NCBI GenBank assembly: GCA_964236955.1
Contig: CAXSGP010000001.1
Coordinates: 68,204 to 132,203, forward strand
Reading direction: 5' to 3'
DNA: 64,000 nucleotides
Source of the DNA: an uncultured Oligoflexus sp.
GTDB lineage: Bacteria; Bdellovibrionota_B; Oligoflexia; Oligoflexales; Oligoflexaceae
Shown: piece by piece, positions 19,930 to 29,688 of the stretch
How positions within the stretch are numbered: the stretch's first letter is position 1
Layout: the number at the start of each line of letters is the position of its first letter
Program-made: the position numbers and the translations under genes
Notes under the pieces: model-generated
What the model saw: the letters and a program-made list of their open reading frames with translations, nothing else
What the model was told of the DNA's origin: nothing
Database searches by the model: none

Positions 19930-21303
19930 ATGCAAGATACCCTGATTGAAATGGGCCGTTCCCCACTCGCTCGCAACGTCCTCAAGCGAATCGGAATCAA
20001 GCCGCCCCCCCAGCTCATTCGATCCTACCGACCCTGGTCGGACGAACTCCTGCAGGGCAAACATATTTTGCTGAGTTCAAGCGAGCGCCTTTCGCTCGTT
20101 GTCGCGCCTTTTCTACAAAAGCAAAAAGCCACTATTGCCTATGAGGGCGGTGACGCGACACGCAAACTCAAGGATGCCAACACCAGCATGCTGAAGGTTT
20201 TCCAAGGCACGGTTTTTGACGCGACCCATATTCATAAGCTTGGTGATCTCAAGACGCTTTATACCTTTTTTCATGGCTTAAGAGGGCAGCTCGGCTTCAA
20301 CCACCGCATCGTGATCCTGGGCGCTCAAGGCCAAAGTCCCGTGGCACAGGCGATCCATAGCGCGGTTGGCAGTTTCGCGCGCAGCCTGTCCCGGGAGATG
20401 GGGCCAAAAGGCATCAACGTCAATGTCCTGGTGCTGGGTGAGGGCGAAGGTCTTTTGGAGCGCGCCCTGCCGGTCCTGAGCTTTTTCCTTTCCGACTTTT
20501 GCGCCTTTGTCACAGGTCAGGTCATTCCCCTAAGTCTGCAGATCCGGGACCTTCCCCTGCCTCCCCTAGCGGGATCGCTCGCGGGAAAACGGGCCTTGGT
20601 GACGGGAGCGGCACAGGGCATAGGCTATGCAATCTGCCGCCGGCTAGCGGAAGAGGGCGCGCATGTCATGTGCCTGGATCGGCCGCAAAACGAAGAAGCC
20701 CTACGGGAGTTAAGCCTGGAAATAGAGGGTGAGTACCTTTTATCGACGATTGGTCAGGACCACGACCAACTCATCGAAAGGCTTACGAGTCAAGATTCAA
20801 AACTTGATATCATCGTTCATAATGCAGGAATCACGCGCGACCGCACCCTTTTGGGCATGAGCGAAAGGGAATGGGACGATGTCTTAAACATCAACCTCGA
20901 AGCTGTCGTCGATATCACGACCCGGGTTTTACATCGGGGTATGCTCGCCAGCGGTGGTCGTATCATCTGCCTCGCATCTGTGGTCGGCATTTCCGGAAAT
21001 TTTGGCCAGACCAATTATTCGACCTCGAAAGCCGGGCTGATCGGTTATGTGCACGGTCTAGCCGAGCATCTGCAGCGGGAAGGCGCAACCGCGAATGCCG
21101 TGGCACCCGGATTTATCGAAACCAGCATGACGGCAAAAATCCCCTTTGTTACCAAACAATTTGTCCGACGCATGTCGAGTCTGGTCCAGGGCGGACAACC
21201 CGATGATGTTGCCGACATGGTCAGCTTCCTTGCCAGCCCCTGCTCTCAAAGTATCAATGGTCAGGTGCTGAGAGTCTGTGGCGGAAGTTTTCTCGGCGCC
21301 TGA
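19930..21303 (+). CDS. fabG: High-molecular-weight 3-oxoacyl-ACP/CoA reductase (FabG4 type)
   Basis: Degenerate N-terminal Rossmann domain plus SDR domain: TGAAQGIG, HNAGITRD, GQTNYSTSK, VAPGFIET and GQVLRVCG. Confidence 0.88.
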   Translation: MQDTLIEMGRSPLARNVLKRIGIKPPPQLIRSYRPWSDELLQGKHILLSSSERLSLVVAPFLQKQKATIAYEGGDATRKLKDANTSMLKVFQGTVFDATHIHKLGDLKTLYTFFHGLRGQLGFNHRIVILGAQGQSPVAQAIHSAVGSFARSLSREMGPKGINVNVLVLGEGEGLLERALPVLSFFLSDFCAFVTGQVIPLSLQIRDLPLPPLAGSLAGKRALVTGAAQGIGYAICRRLAEEGAHVMCLDRPQNEEALRELSLEIEGEYLLSTIGQDHDQLIERLTSQDSKLDIIVHNAGITRDRTLLGMSEREWDDVLNINLEAVVDITTRVLHRGMLASGGRIICLASVVGISGNFGQTNYSTSKAGLIGYVHGLAEHLQREGATANAVAPGFIETSMTAKIPFVTKQFVRRMSSLVQGGQPDDVADMVSFLASPCSQSINGQVLRVCGGSFLGA

Positions 21304-21477
21304 TATTTTGGTGAAAAATGCCTTCAGGTCATGCGAAATAAATGAATTCCCCCGATTGGCCATACCTGACCCCAAGTATGGTTTATCTATCCCCTTATAA
21401 GCACTCATCTATAAAGAATTATTCAAGGTCTTTCCCAAGCTTGTCCGAAACACTTGATAGTTATGGAGGAAAAAGCC

Positions 21478-22278
21478 TTGAAAGCAAAATTACCAAAAAA
21501 CATCATCCTTGCGCTTACCATCAGTGGCATTTCGTTGGGATGCGGTAAAGAATATAAAGCCAGCTACCGTCTTTCTAGAACAGGAGGTGCGGAAGCGAAG
21601 ACCGATGTCAAACGCATACCCGTAAACTTCAAACTTCCGAGTCGTTCGGAAGACCCCGCCCTGACAACAGCTCTCACGGGCTACTATTACCGGCTCCAGG
21701 GTAGCGGAGAGCACTGTCCAAGCGGGGAACTTAAAGAGGATATTGGCGCCTATGAAGACGATAAGGAATTTATTCTACGTCTGTCGAGTGTCTGTGACTA
21801 CTCGGTAACGATCAAACTCGGAGAACTGGCCAGCCCGGCCTTTGCCCTTGGCGCTAAGTTAAACTACAACGACAGCATTAAGGATCTCATCGGCAAAAAC
21901 TGCGTTGCCTGTCATGAAAGCTATGGGAATTATGCTGAAGTCGTCGCCAAAGGCGATCTGATCATAGCTCGCGCAGAGTCGGGGACAATGCCACCCACCG
22001 GGTCCTTAAGTTCCTTTGAGATTGCGCAGCTCTTAGCATGGAAAGACGAGGGTTATATAGAGAAAGATCCCTCACCTCAGCCAAGCGCCCGGGAAAACGG
22101 CCTCAAAGAGGTTTACTACCGTAATAACAATAACGACTCTCTTAAAGGCGTAGAACTTCTGACCCGCACTCAGTACGAACTGAGACGCTCCCTGTGGCTT
22201 CAAGCTGAGGGCGAGGAAAAAGGTCTAAAAGTGAATGAGATATTAAGTTTCGGTCAGGAAGACATCAAGGCTCCCTGA
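21478..22278 (+). CDS. Lipoprotein with a monoheme cytochrome c domain
   Basis: TTG 21478 after GGAGG; lipobox SLGC; NCVACH heme motif followed by GTMPP and LLAW. Confidence 0.7.
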   Translation: MKAKLPKNIILALTISGISLGCGKEYKASYRLSRTGGAEAKTDVKRIPVNFKLPSRSEDPALTTALTGYYYRLQGSGEHCPSGELKEDIGAYEDDKEFILRLSSVCDYSVTIKLGELASPAFALGAKLNYNDSIKDLIGKNCVACHESYGNYAEVVAKGDLIIARAESGTMPPTGSLSSFEIAQLLAWKDEGYIEKDPSPQPSARENGLKEVYYRNNNNDSLKGVELLTRTQYELRRSLWLQAEGEEKGLKVNEILSFGQEDIKAP

Positions 22279-22511
22279 GCATCTGCGGGAGGCTGATTCA
22301 AGGTCTCCCTTTGCCTTATACTTTTCCCGCTTTTGCCCCTGCAGGATCCCCGTGGCCTCCCGTCGCATCCAGTCGATTATTTTCCATAAAGGTCAGATGA
22401 AGCCTAGATGTACCTATGCTATAAATGCTAAAGGACTGGCAAGTGCTTTGTTCCAGAGTTATAGAGACAAGATGAGACTGAAGTGACTGAGACAAAGCCC
22501 AAGGGGGAATT

Positions 22512-22919
22512 ATGTATTTCGCTGAAACGGATGGCATTGGCGTGTCGGTTGAGCCCCATTTTATTGCTAAAGAAAGCAACAGTGGCGTCGATTATTTTAT
22601 TTATTCCTATACGATCACCCTGAAAAATAATGGCAAACAAAACTGTCAGTTGCTCAGCCGACATTGGATTATTCGTGACGGCCAGGGGCGCGAAGAACAC
22701 GTCGTCGGCGACGGAGTGGTGGGGAAACAGCCTTTAATCAAACCGGGCGAAAGTTATTCTTATCGAAGTGGCTGTCCCCTGGCCACCCCAACGGGCAGCA
22801 TGCGCGGCAACTATGCAATGCAGGATGCACGCAGTCGTAAATTTGAAATCAAGATCCCTTTATTCTTTTTACGACCCGACTGTGCTCGTTATGAGTCTGG
22901 CGCAAGCGCCTTAAATTGA
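22512..22919 (+). CDS. apaG: ApaG (CorD) protein
   Basis: YSYTITLKN, QLLSRHWII, GDGVVGKQP and YRSGCPLATPTGSMRG. Confidence 0.93.
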   Translation: MYFAETDGIGVSVEPHFIAKESNSGVDYFIYSYTITLKNNGKQNCQLLSRHWIIRDGQGREEHVVGDGVVGKQPLIKPGESYSYRSGCPLATPTGSMRGNYAMQDARSRKFEIKIPLFFLRPDCARYESGASALN

Positions 22920-23558
22920 AACGTTATAGCTGACCGAAAGTTCCCGCTCAAAGGGTTCGATAGCGGGTGCATATTTGTAGTGGTACATCTCATATTCAGC
23001 CATAAAATACATGGCAGGACTCAAGCGCAGTCCAAGGCCTACCCCGGAATGCGGCTTGTAGGTCGGAACCTCTGTGAGCTTCTCTGCCGGCCGTCCAGCC
23101 TCTTCCTTGGCGACCATACGCTGCCGGGCTGTCACTCCGATTTTAATGCGCAAGATAAAGATGGAAAAACTGGGGTCCAGCATAAGGGAAAACTTGCCAA
23201 CCCGCTGTGTCTCGGTCAACTTCATCGTGTTTTCTGGATTGGAAGTATCCATATTAAAATCTTTCTTGTAGTCGATCTCGGCATATTCATCCACGGCTTC
23301 CGAAGTTTTTTGAGTGCTTGTCGTTGTGCTCTGACCCACCGACAGCTGAGTCCTAAAAAGCCGCCAAAAGCTCAAGGAAGCTCGAACGCCGTACTCTTGA
23401 CGCTGCCTGATAGACTCCTTTTCGGAATTATTTTTACCGGGTGTAACGCTCTTCGTCGATTTGATGCTGAGGTAGGGTGCAATTTCAATCCCGCCGTAGG
23501 CCATCGGCATCAGGGCCAGAGCAAAGGCCAAACATGCGAAAGTATTGGAAATTTTCAT
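22911..23558 (-). CDS. Small outer-membrane beta-barrel-like hypothetical protein
   Basis: Signal peptide, amphipathic beta strands, C-terminal SVSYNVSI. Confidence 0.6.
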   Translation of the reverse strand: MKISNTFACLAFALALMPMAYGGIEIAPYLSIKSTKSVTPGKNNSEKESIRQRQEYGVRASLSFWRLFRTQLSVGQSTTTSTQKTSEAVDEYAEIDYKKDFNMDTSNPENTMKLTETQRVGKFSLMLDPSFSIFILRIKIGVTARQRMVAKEEAGRPAEKLTEVPTYKPHSGVGLGLRLSPAMYFMAEYEMYHYKYAPAIEPFERELSVSYNVSI

Positions 23559-23590
23559 TTTTCACCTCAATCGTAATGATCCTCTCCATT

Positions 23591-23617
23591 CTATCGGCAG
23601 TGATTTTGCGAACTTGA
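23591..23617 (-). promoter_or_regulatory. sigma28 (FliA)-type promoter
   Basis: TCAA-N15-GCCGATAG about 33 nt upstream of ATG 23558. Confidence 0.6.
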
Positions 23618-23713
23618 GTCCCTTATCCAAGCTTGCTCTCTGCACGCGGAAAAGCTTGCTCCGAATCAGGCCGTCCATTAAGACTAAATCCCGATTCTTC
23701 GTAGGAGGACACT

Positions 23714-24490
23714 ATGAACGCACGCATACTCATTTACCCTGCCCTTGCCGCCGCAGCCGCGACTATACTGTCGGGTTTTTTAGAAAAGTCCTCGATTGCT
23801 TTTGCCTTGAGCTGCTTGGTCTTTGGTCTGCTTCTTTTTATCCTGGTCGCTCTTCGCCGAAGACCCGAAACGCCACACATCCCGAGTGAATTCAGTGCAA
23901 AGATCGCGAACCTTGAGAATCTGGCTCAACGCCAGCAAAAACTCATCGCTGAACGCGACGACCTCATTAAGCTCCTGCAGACGGAAATCAACGAGTCCGC
24001 CTCCCAGGCCAGTCAACACAATGCCCAGACCCTGGCCTATGAGGCCGCTTTGAAGAAGGCGCAACGGGCCCTCGAACAAAGTCAGGGTGCGGACGAGCAG
24101 GCTGTCGTACAATTTATTCGCAATCTGCAAAAACGTGGTCGTTTCCTCGATTTCATCATGGCTGATATTCATAAGCTAGGCGATCAGCAGGTCGGTTCAG
24201 CGTCGCGAGTTGTGCATCAGGGACTACGAGAAATGATGGATGACTATTTTGCAGTTAAGCCGGTGGCCATAGCGGAAGAGGGCAGCCTAATTGCAATCCC
24301 CAAAGCAGACTTGGGTCAAAGCTATCAGCTGCTGCACAGTCGCGGCGATGAACTTCCACTCGAAGGCCGTTTATTGCATAAAGGTTGGCAAGCCAGTCAT
24401 CTGAAGCTGCCGCAAAGTCAAAAGCTGGAGGCTACGCATACAAGGCTGGTCTTAGCCCCCGCTGAAATCGATGTAGGAGAAAGCAACTGA
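23714..24490 (+). CDS. DUF2760 family membrane-anchored protein
   Basis: Two N-terminal TM helices and a coiled coil; LQKRGRFLDF..DQQVGSASRVVHQG..GRLLHKGW..LAPAEIDV; AGGAGG RBS. Confidence 0.82.
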   Translation: MNARILIYPALAAAAATILSGFLEKSSIAFALSCLVFGLLLFILVALRRRPETPHIPSEFSAKIANLENLAQRQQKLIAERDDLIKLLQTEINESASQASQHNAQTLAYEAALKKAQRALEQSQGADEQAVVQFIRNLQKRGRFLDFIMADIHKLGDQQVGSASRVVHQGLREMMDDYFAVKPVAIAEEGSLIAIPKADLGQSYQLLHSRGDELPLEGRLLHKGWQASHLKLPQSQKLEATHTRLVLAPAEIDVGESN

Positions 24491-26232
24491 TGGGGATAGT
24501 CATCGGTATCGATCTTGGAACATCACACTCAAGCCTTGCCACGGTGGGCGCCGATTCGAAGGCTCATCTCCTGAGTATTCCGCAGCTCAGCGGCGCCCAA
24601 GAAACGGTGGAGGCTGATCTTTTGCCTTCCGTCTATTTCGATAATTTTGAATATAAAGAATTGCGTCTCCCCTGGGCTGAGAATCCGGAAATACTAGGGA
24701 TATTTGCCCGTGAACTTGCTGCCGGCAATCCTGAAAGAGCCATAGTGTCAGCCAAATCGTGGCTCTGCTATAAAGGTGAACTTTGCCTAACGCCCGATGG
24801 TAAGGGCCAAGGCAAAACTGCGAAAGACGTCTCGACCCTTCTCCTGGCCCACCTTATAAAGGCTTGGGAATGGCAAAGCAGTCAATCCCTTGCCGACGTG
24901 GAGGCGATTGCGTTGACCGTGCCGGCATCTTTTGATCCTTTGGCCCGGCAATTGACTGAGGAAGCCGCCCGTGCCGCTGGCATAGTCAATCCCATTCTTA
25001 TTGAAGAGCCCCTTGCGGCTTTTTATTCTTGGTTAGCTCAGAATAATGACTGGAATAAAAAACTCAAGGTTGGTGATAGCGTCCTCGTCTGTGACGTCGG
25101 TGGCGGTACCTGCGATTTCAGCCTAATCGTCGTTGAGGAAATCGAGGGAGAGTTGCATCTCGACCGCATCGCCGTCGGCAGGCATCTCCTTTTGGGGGGG
25201 GACAACATGGACCTCGCCCTTGCCCATTATCTCGCAAAGAAACATGGCCAGCTCGATTCCTGGCAGTTCATAAGTCTGCAGCGCGAGGTCCGCAAGGCCA
25301 AAGAATTTTTACTTTCGTCCGGCGCGGAGGCAAGCTATCCAATCAGTGTCAGCAGTCGCGGCAGTTCGCTTTTTGCCAAAGCGGTTACGCTTGAACTTAA
25401 CCGCGGTGAGGTCGCGGCATTTTTGCTTGAAGGTTTTTTCCCACAGGTGGCGGAAAATATCCAAATCCAGAGAAGCCGCGGACTTCAGGCTATGGGCCTT
25501 CCCTACGAACAGGATCCGGCCGTCACCAAACATCTCGCCGGTTTCTTAAGGCAGGCGCAGAAAAACGCCAGGACGCATAGCCCGGCTTCAACTCTAGATC
25601 CGGAAGCGTCCACGTTTCGGCCTACGCACGTCCTCTTCAACGGTGGCGTTTTTAAAGCCAGTCTCCTGCAGGAGCGGATCGTCAGCTGCCTTGAGCAATG
25701 GTCAGGCCGTCCGGTGACCCTCCTTGATAATCCGGATCTTGATCATGCCGTCACCCTTGGGGCTGCCTATTACGCGGCATGGAAGGTTACCGGCAATCCC
25801 TTGCGCGTTCGCACGTCTGCTTCCCGCTCTTATTTTATAGGGCTCGAGGCGAATCAGCTTGCCGTTCCGGGCATGAAACCGAGACTGCAGGGTCTCTGCG
25901 TGCTTCCGCAGGGTACCGACGAAGGGTCGGAATATGGTCTTAACGATCAGGAATTCGCCCTCTGGGGAGGCGATCAGGTAAATTTTCAGCTTTTTTCCTC
26001 AGCGGAACGCGCCGATCTCGGCAGCCTGGTTGCCAATGCCGAAAAAGACCTGGAATCCGTTGCCGAACTCAGCTGTCAGATCGATGACAATGGCGAGGGA
26101 CCCATAGCCGTATTTCTGCAGAGTGATTATGATGAAACGGGCAAACTTCGCGTGGCGATACGCGAACGTGGGGGCGACCGGCGTTGGGATCTGAACTTTC
26201 AGCTTCGTGACGAGAAAGTGAGAGCGAGATGA
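24490..26232 (+). CDS. Atypical Hsp70 family protein
   Basis: IGIDLGTSHS, LTVPASFD, IEEPLAA, DVGGGTCD, LLLGGDNMD and LFNGG; TGATG overlap with the upstream gene. Confidence 0.9.
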   Translation: MGIVIGIDLGTSHSSLATVGADSKAHLLSIPQLSGAQETVEADLLPSVYFDNFEYKELRLPWAENPEILGIFARELAAGNPERAIVSAKSWLCYKGELCLTPDGKGQGKTAKDVSTLLLAHLIKAWEWQSSQSLADVEAIALTVPASFDPLARQLTEEAARAAGIVNPILIEEPLAAFYSWLAQNNDWNKKLKVGDSVLVCDVGGGTCDFSLIVVEEIEGELHLDRIAVGRHLLLGGDNMDLALAHYLAKKHGQLDSWQFISLQREVRKAKEFLLSSGAEASYPISVSSRGSSLFAKAVTLELNRGEVAAFLLEGFFPQVAENIQIQRSRGLQAMGLPYEQDPAVTKHLAGFLRQAQKNARTHSPASTLDPEASTFRPTHVLFNGGVFKASLLQERIVSCLEQWSGRPVTLLDNPDLDHAVTLGAAYYAAWKVTGNPLRVRTSASRSYFIGLEANQLAVPGMKPRLQGLCVLPQGTDEGSEYGLNDQEFALWGGDQVNFQLFSSAERADLGSLVANAEKDLESVAELSCQIDDNGEGPIAVFLQSDYDETGKLRVAIRERGGDRRWDLNFQLRDEKVRAR

Positions 26233-28784
26233 CGCCACGCTTTGTTATCGGTATCGACCTGGGCACGACCAACAGCAGCTTGGCTTATATCGATCTGCAA
26301 GCGGCGGACGTCGGGGAGCCCTACCTGCTTCCTCTCGCTCAATGGGAAAACGAGGAGCAGGTCGTCGAGGACTATCGGCTTCCATCCTTTCTTTGGTTGC
26401 TACCCAAAAGCCTATTAAAAAAGGGGCTATGGCCTCATCCGAGCTTCCCCGAACACAAAACGCCTTGGGTCATAGGCCGGCTCGCGCGCAGCAAAGCCCT
26501 GAGCGAGCCCCTGCAGGTTGTGCATTCCGCCAAATCCTGGGCCTCTACGGGAACAGTGGCGCATCGCCTTAGCAAAATCCTTCCCTGGGGATCTGAGGGC
26601 GAAAAGCTCACGCCTCTGGAAGTTCAGACAGCATTGCTCGATCATATAAAACGAGTTTGGGATGTTCATTTTCCTGCGTCCCCATTTACTCAGCAACGAG
26701 TCGTCATCACAGTCCCGGCCTCCTTTGACGAAGTCGCCCAACGCTTAACCCTGGAAGCCGCGAAAGGCGCAGACTATCCACCGGGTGTTGAACTTTTGGA
26801 AGAACCGTTGGCCGCTTATTACGATAGCGAAGCGAGAAAGCAGACCACCGACGGGCGAATCCTCGTTTGTGACGTCGGCGGCGGAACCTCCGATTTTACC
26901 CTACTCCTTAAAAAGCCGGAAGGCACAGAGAGGATCATGGTCAGCGAGCATCTTTTGCTTGGCGGCGATAATATTGATCTGGCCCTTGCCCATCACCTGA
27001 GCGCCCGTTTACACTCTGACGAATTGCCTCGCGATGCCTGGAATTTATTACTGGCGCAAGTCCGCCGTCTGAAAGAAAGCGCGTTAAACAGTTCGGCAGA
27101 GGAAAGCTTTCACCTCAGCATTCCCCTCAGCGCAAGAAATCTTTTTGGCGCCTCTCTTAGCGCTGAAGTGTCGAGTGCTGAAATCAGGCAGTGGGTTCTC
27201 GATGACTTTTTTCCGCTGGTCGATAAAAATGACAAACCAGCGCGAGCGACGGGCCTTAAGAATTGGGGCCTGCCTTATGCCAAGGACACAGCCATAACCC
27301 GGCATCTCGCTGAGTTTTTGCAGGGCAGTGAAGTGGATGCCATCCTAAGCGTAGGCGGCAGCTTGTTACCGCAAGTTCTTCAAGAGCGTCTGGCAGACGT
27401 TATTAAGACTTGGCAAAAGGCTCCAGTCTTGACCTTAAAGGCCGCCGAACCTGAGCTGGCGGTAGCCTATGGGGCGGCCCGTTACGCCTTGCTACGGGCA
27501 CAGGCCAAGGAATTGATCGGTTCTCCCTATCCCCGCGAACTTCTTATCGAAGTGGAGGATAACAACGGCATCCAAAATCTTTGCCTCATCCCTAAAAACC
27601 ATCCCAGACTGATCGCCTATGCGGTCAAGCTCCCTGGCTTAAATCTAAGACTTGGCCAGGATGTTCGTTTTCAGACCTGTGCCATCGGAGCTGACGGATC
27701 GAAAACTCCCCTGCCGCCGCTCGTTCTCAAATTGAACGGACAAGGGAAACAAGACCTTATTCCTGTCCGATTGCAAGCCTCTGTTCGGGAGACGGGTGTA
27801 CTGGAAGTCCATTGCCAGGCTTTGGAAACGGCTCAAGTCTGGGTCCTGGACTTTGCCATCGACAGCGCCCGCGCTCAGGGCACGGTCAGCAGCGCCCTAT
27901 CGCTCAACCCCCTTCCCAATAGGGACCAGGCTGTCGAACTCATCAGGCTGCACTTTGCAAAGCAGAGTCGGGGCACTCTCAAAATCACCCAATTACCGCT
28001 TGCACTGGAAGCGCTCTTCAAGCTTGGGCGCGAGGCCTGGAACGCCGATCAACTGCGTGGAATATGGGCGGCGCTTGAAGGGGTGATGTTTCAAAGGGGC
28101 ATCACACCCGAGCACGAGTCCATCTGGTTTTACCTTGCCGGCTTTTGTCTAAGGCCGGGTTTCGGCTACGTTGGCGATGAAGAGAGGATGAGTTCCATTC
28201 TGCGGATCTATGACGAAAGTTTCCGCCGCGTCGATGGCAATGCGCGGCTGTTGACTCATTGGTGGATCTTATGGAGACGCCTGGCCGGCGGCCTTAATCC
28301 AGCCATGCAGCAAAAACTTTTCGATCGCTATGTGCCCGTCCTGAGAAAAGATAAAGACGCTTCGCCTGAGCTCATTCGGCTGTTGGCCTCGCTTGAATGT
28401 CTGGGGACCTCGGCCAAGGAACAGTTGGGCCGCCTTCTACTGAATCAGCTCAAGGAAGCGCCCAAGATTCACAGCGAGACCAAACTTTGGGGTCTGGCGC
28501 GCCTCTATGTTCTAGCCCCGAGAGTGGTGGAGAACTGGTTTGATGAGTTGCATCAGCTCCAGCTTCCGGACCAAACCCGGTCGGCAGTGTTCTATGCTTG
28601 GGGCGGCCGGATGAGGGGCGATAAACAATATGATATAGATCCTGCTTACCGTCAGAAATTTCTTGCAAAGGTCGATCATCCTGAATGGCGAAAAGCGATG
28701 ACTGAAGTCATGAGTCCCGACTTTGGGATGCAGTCGCAAATGCTGGCGGACTCCCTTCCCAGCGGTTTTGTCTTTCGCAGCTAA
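26229..28784 (+). CDS. Atypical Hsp70 family protein with C-terminal DUF3731-like domain
   Basis: GIDLGTTNS, TVPASFDE, EEPLAA, DVGGGTSD; C-terminal HESIWFYLAGFCLRPGFG and WWILWRRLAGGL. Confidence 0.88.
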   Translation: MTPRFVIGIDLGTTNSSLAYIDLQAADVGEPYLLPLAQWENEEQVVEDYRLPSFLWLLPKSLLKKGLWPHPSFPEHKTPWVIGRLARSKALSEPLQVVHSAKSWASTGTVAHRLSKILPWGSEGEKLTPLEVQTALLDHIKRVWDVHFPASPFTQQRVVITVPASFDEVAQRLTLEAAKGADYPPGVELLEEPLAAYYDSEARKQTTDGRILVCDVGGGTSDFTLLLKKPEGTERIMVSEHLLLGGDNIDLALAHHLSARLHSDELPRDAWNLLLAQVRRLKESALNSSAEESFHLSIPLSARNLFGASLSAEVSSAEIRQWVLDDFFPLVDKNDKPARATGLKNWGLPYAKDTAITRHLAEFLQGSEVDAILSVGGSLLPQVLQERLADVIKTWQKAPVLTLKAAEPELAVAYGAARYALLRAQAKELIGSPYPRELLIEVEDNNGIQNLCLIPKNHPRLIAYAVKLPGLNLRLGQDVRFQTCAIGADGSKTPLPPLVLKLNGQGKQDLIPVRLQASVRETGVLEVHCQALETAQVWVLDFAIDSARAQGTVSSALSLNPLPNRDQAVELIRLHFAKQSRGTLKITQLPLALEALFKLGREAWNADQLRGIWAALEGVMFQRGITPEHESIWFYLAGFCLRPGFGYVGDEERMSSILRIYDESFRRVDGNARLLTHWWILWRRLAGGLNPAMQQKLFDRYVPVLRKDKDASPELIRLLASLECLGTSAKEQLGRLLLNQLKEAPKIHSETKLWGLARLYVLAPRVVENWFDELHQLQLPDQTRSAVFYAWGGRMRGDKQYDIDPAYRQKFLAKVDHPEWRKAMTEVMSPDFGMQSQMLADSLPSGFVFRS

Positions 28785-28994
28785 GCTTTAAAAATAAATA
28801 GCCAGGAGGTGAAACGCCTGGCCCAAAACCACAAAGGAGTAAACCTTCTCCTGAAGGCGAGACTTTTCATGAGTCCATCAGCTATAATTTCTCGATACCA
28901 TGCAAAATAGATCGCCGATCGACTGGCATACGGCGCGTATTCGGCTTTTCTTATAATCAATCCATTTTTGACCTGTTATAAAGGACTTTTATAA

Positions 28995-29594
28995 ATGCGC
29001 AATCGCTTCTTCCTGGCGGGCCTTTGGTTGGGGGGCCTATCGGGCCACGTGTATGCTGAAGAGATCAGTCTTGTGAGTGGCTTCTACCGTTCGCAGGACA
29101 ATACCCCAGGCTTTAAAGAAAGCAAAATATCGCTGGGCGGCCGTTACGGGTTTGTTATGAATGAAGAGAGACGTTTTTGGTTTATCGATGCGGGAGTGAC
29201 ATCCACAAGTTATTCCGGGGATGACGCTCCGAAGGGAGGTTCGGGAATACTTTTAGGCGGCGGCCAGCAGTATTTCTTTAGAAACTTTGGAAAGGCTATT
29301 CATACTTTCCTTGCCTGGTCTGCGGGAATTAAATCAGATAGCAGTGCCGATAAGATCGAGAAGACCGACACTACTGCTCTTTATTACGCTGGCGATGCCG
29401 GTTTTCGCTTTGATTATTCGAAGACCTTTTTTATGGATATAGAAGCTCAGCTTTTTGAAAGCGCCCTCAATAGGACGATCAAAGTCACGCCCAATGCAGG
29501 CGGTGATGGCCGGGAAACCAAAGTCACTGAACTACAGGTGGCAAGCTTTAACGGCGCCAATAGCCTAAGATTTGGGCTTGGAATGGCCTTTTAG
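28995..29594 (+). CDS. Outer-membrane beta-barrel hypothetical protein
   Basis: Signal peptide, alternating beta strands, C-terminal FGLGMAF. Confidence 0.65.
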   Translation: MRNRFFLAGLWLGGLSGHVYAEEISLVSGFYRSQDNTPGFKESKISLGGRYGFVMNEERRFWFIDAGVTSTSYSGDDAPKGGSGILLGGGQQYFFRNFGKAIHTFLAWSAGIKSDSSADKIEKTDTTALYYAGDAGFRFDYSKTFFMDIEAQLFESALNRTIKVTPNAGGDGRETKVTELQVASFNGANSLRFGLGMAF

Positions 29595-29637
29595 AAAGTG
29601 GCTCCACCCGGGCGCCCGCCCCTGGCATTGGGCCAGC

Positions 29638-29660
29638 AAAAAGCCAGGACTGCTCCTGGC
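29638..29660 (-). terminator. Intrinsic terminator of the mrcB operon
   Basis: GCCAGGA-CTGC-TCCTGGC stem with an A5 run on the plus-strand 5' side. Confidence 0.55.
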
Positions 29661-29688
29661 CTATATTGGGGATCGGCGCTCGTTGCAA

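Noticed and set aside
28800-28860. GCCAGG/CCTGGC hairpin with two GGAG motifs (Csr/Rsm-type sRNA or small ORF?)
   Set aside because: Too few GGA loops and no properly spaced start codon; more likely an operon-end hairpin
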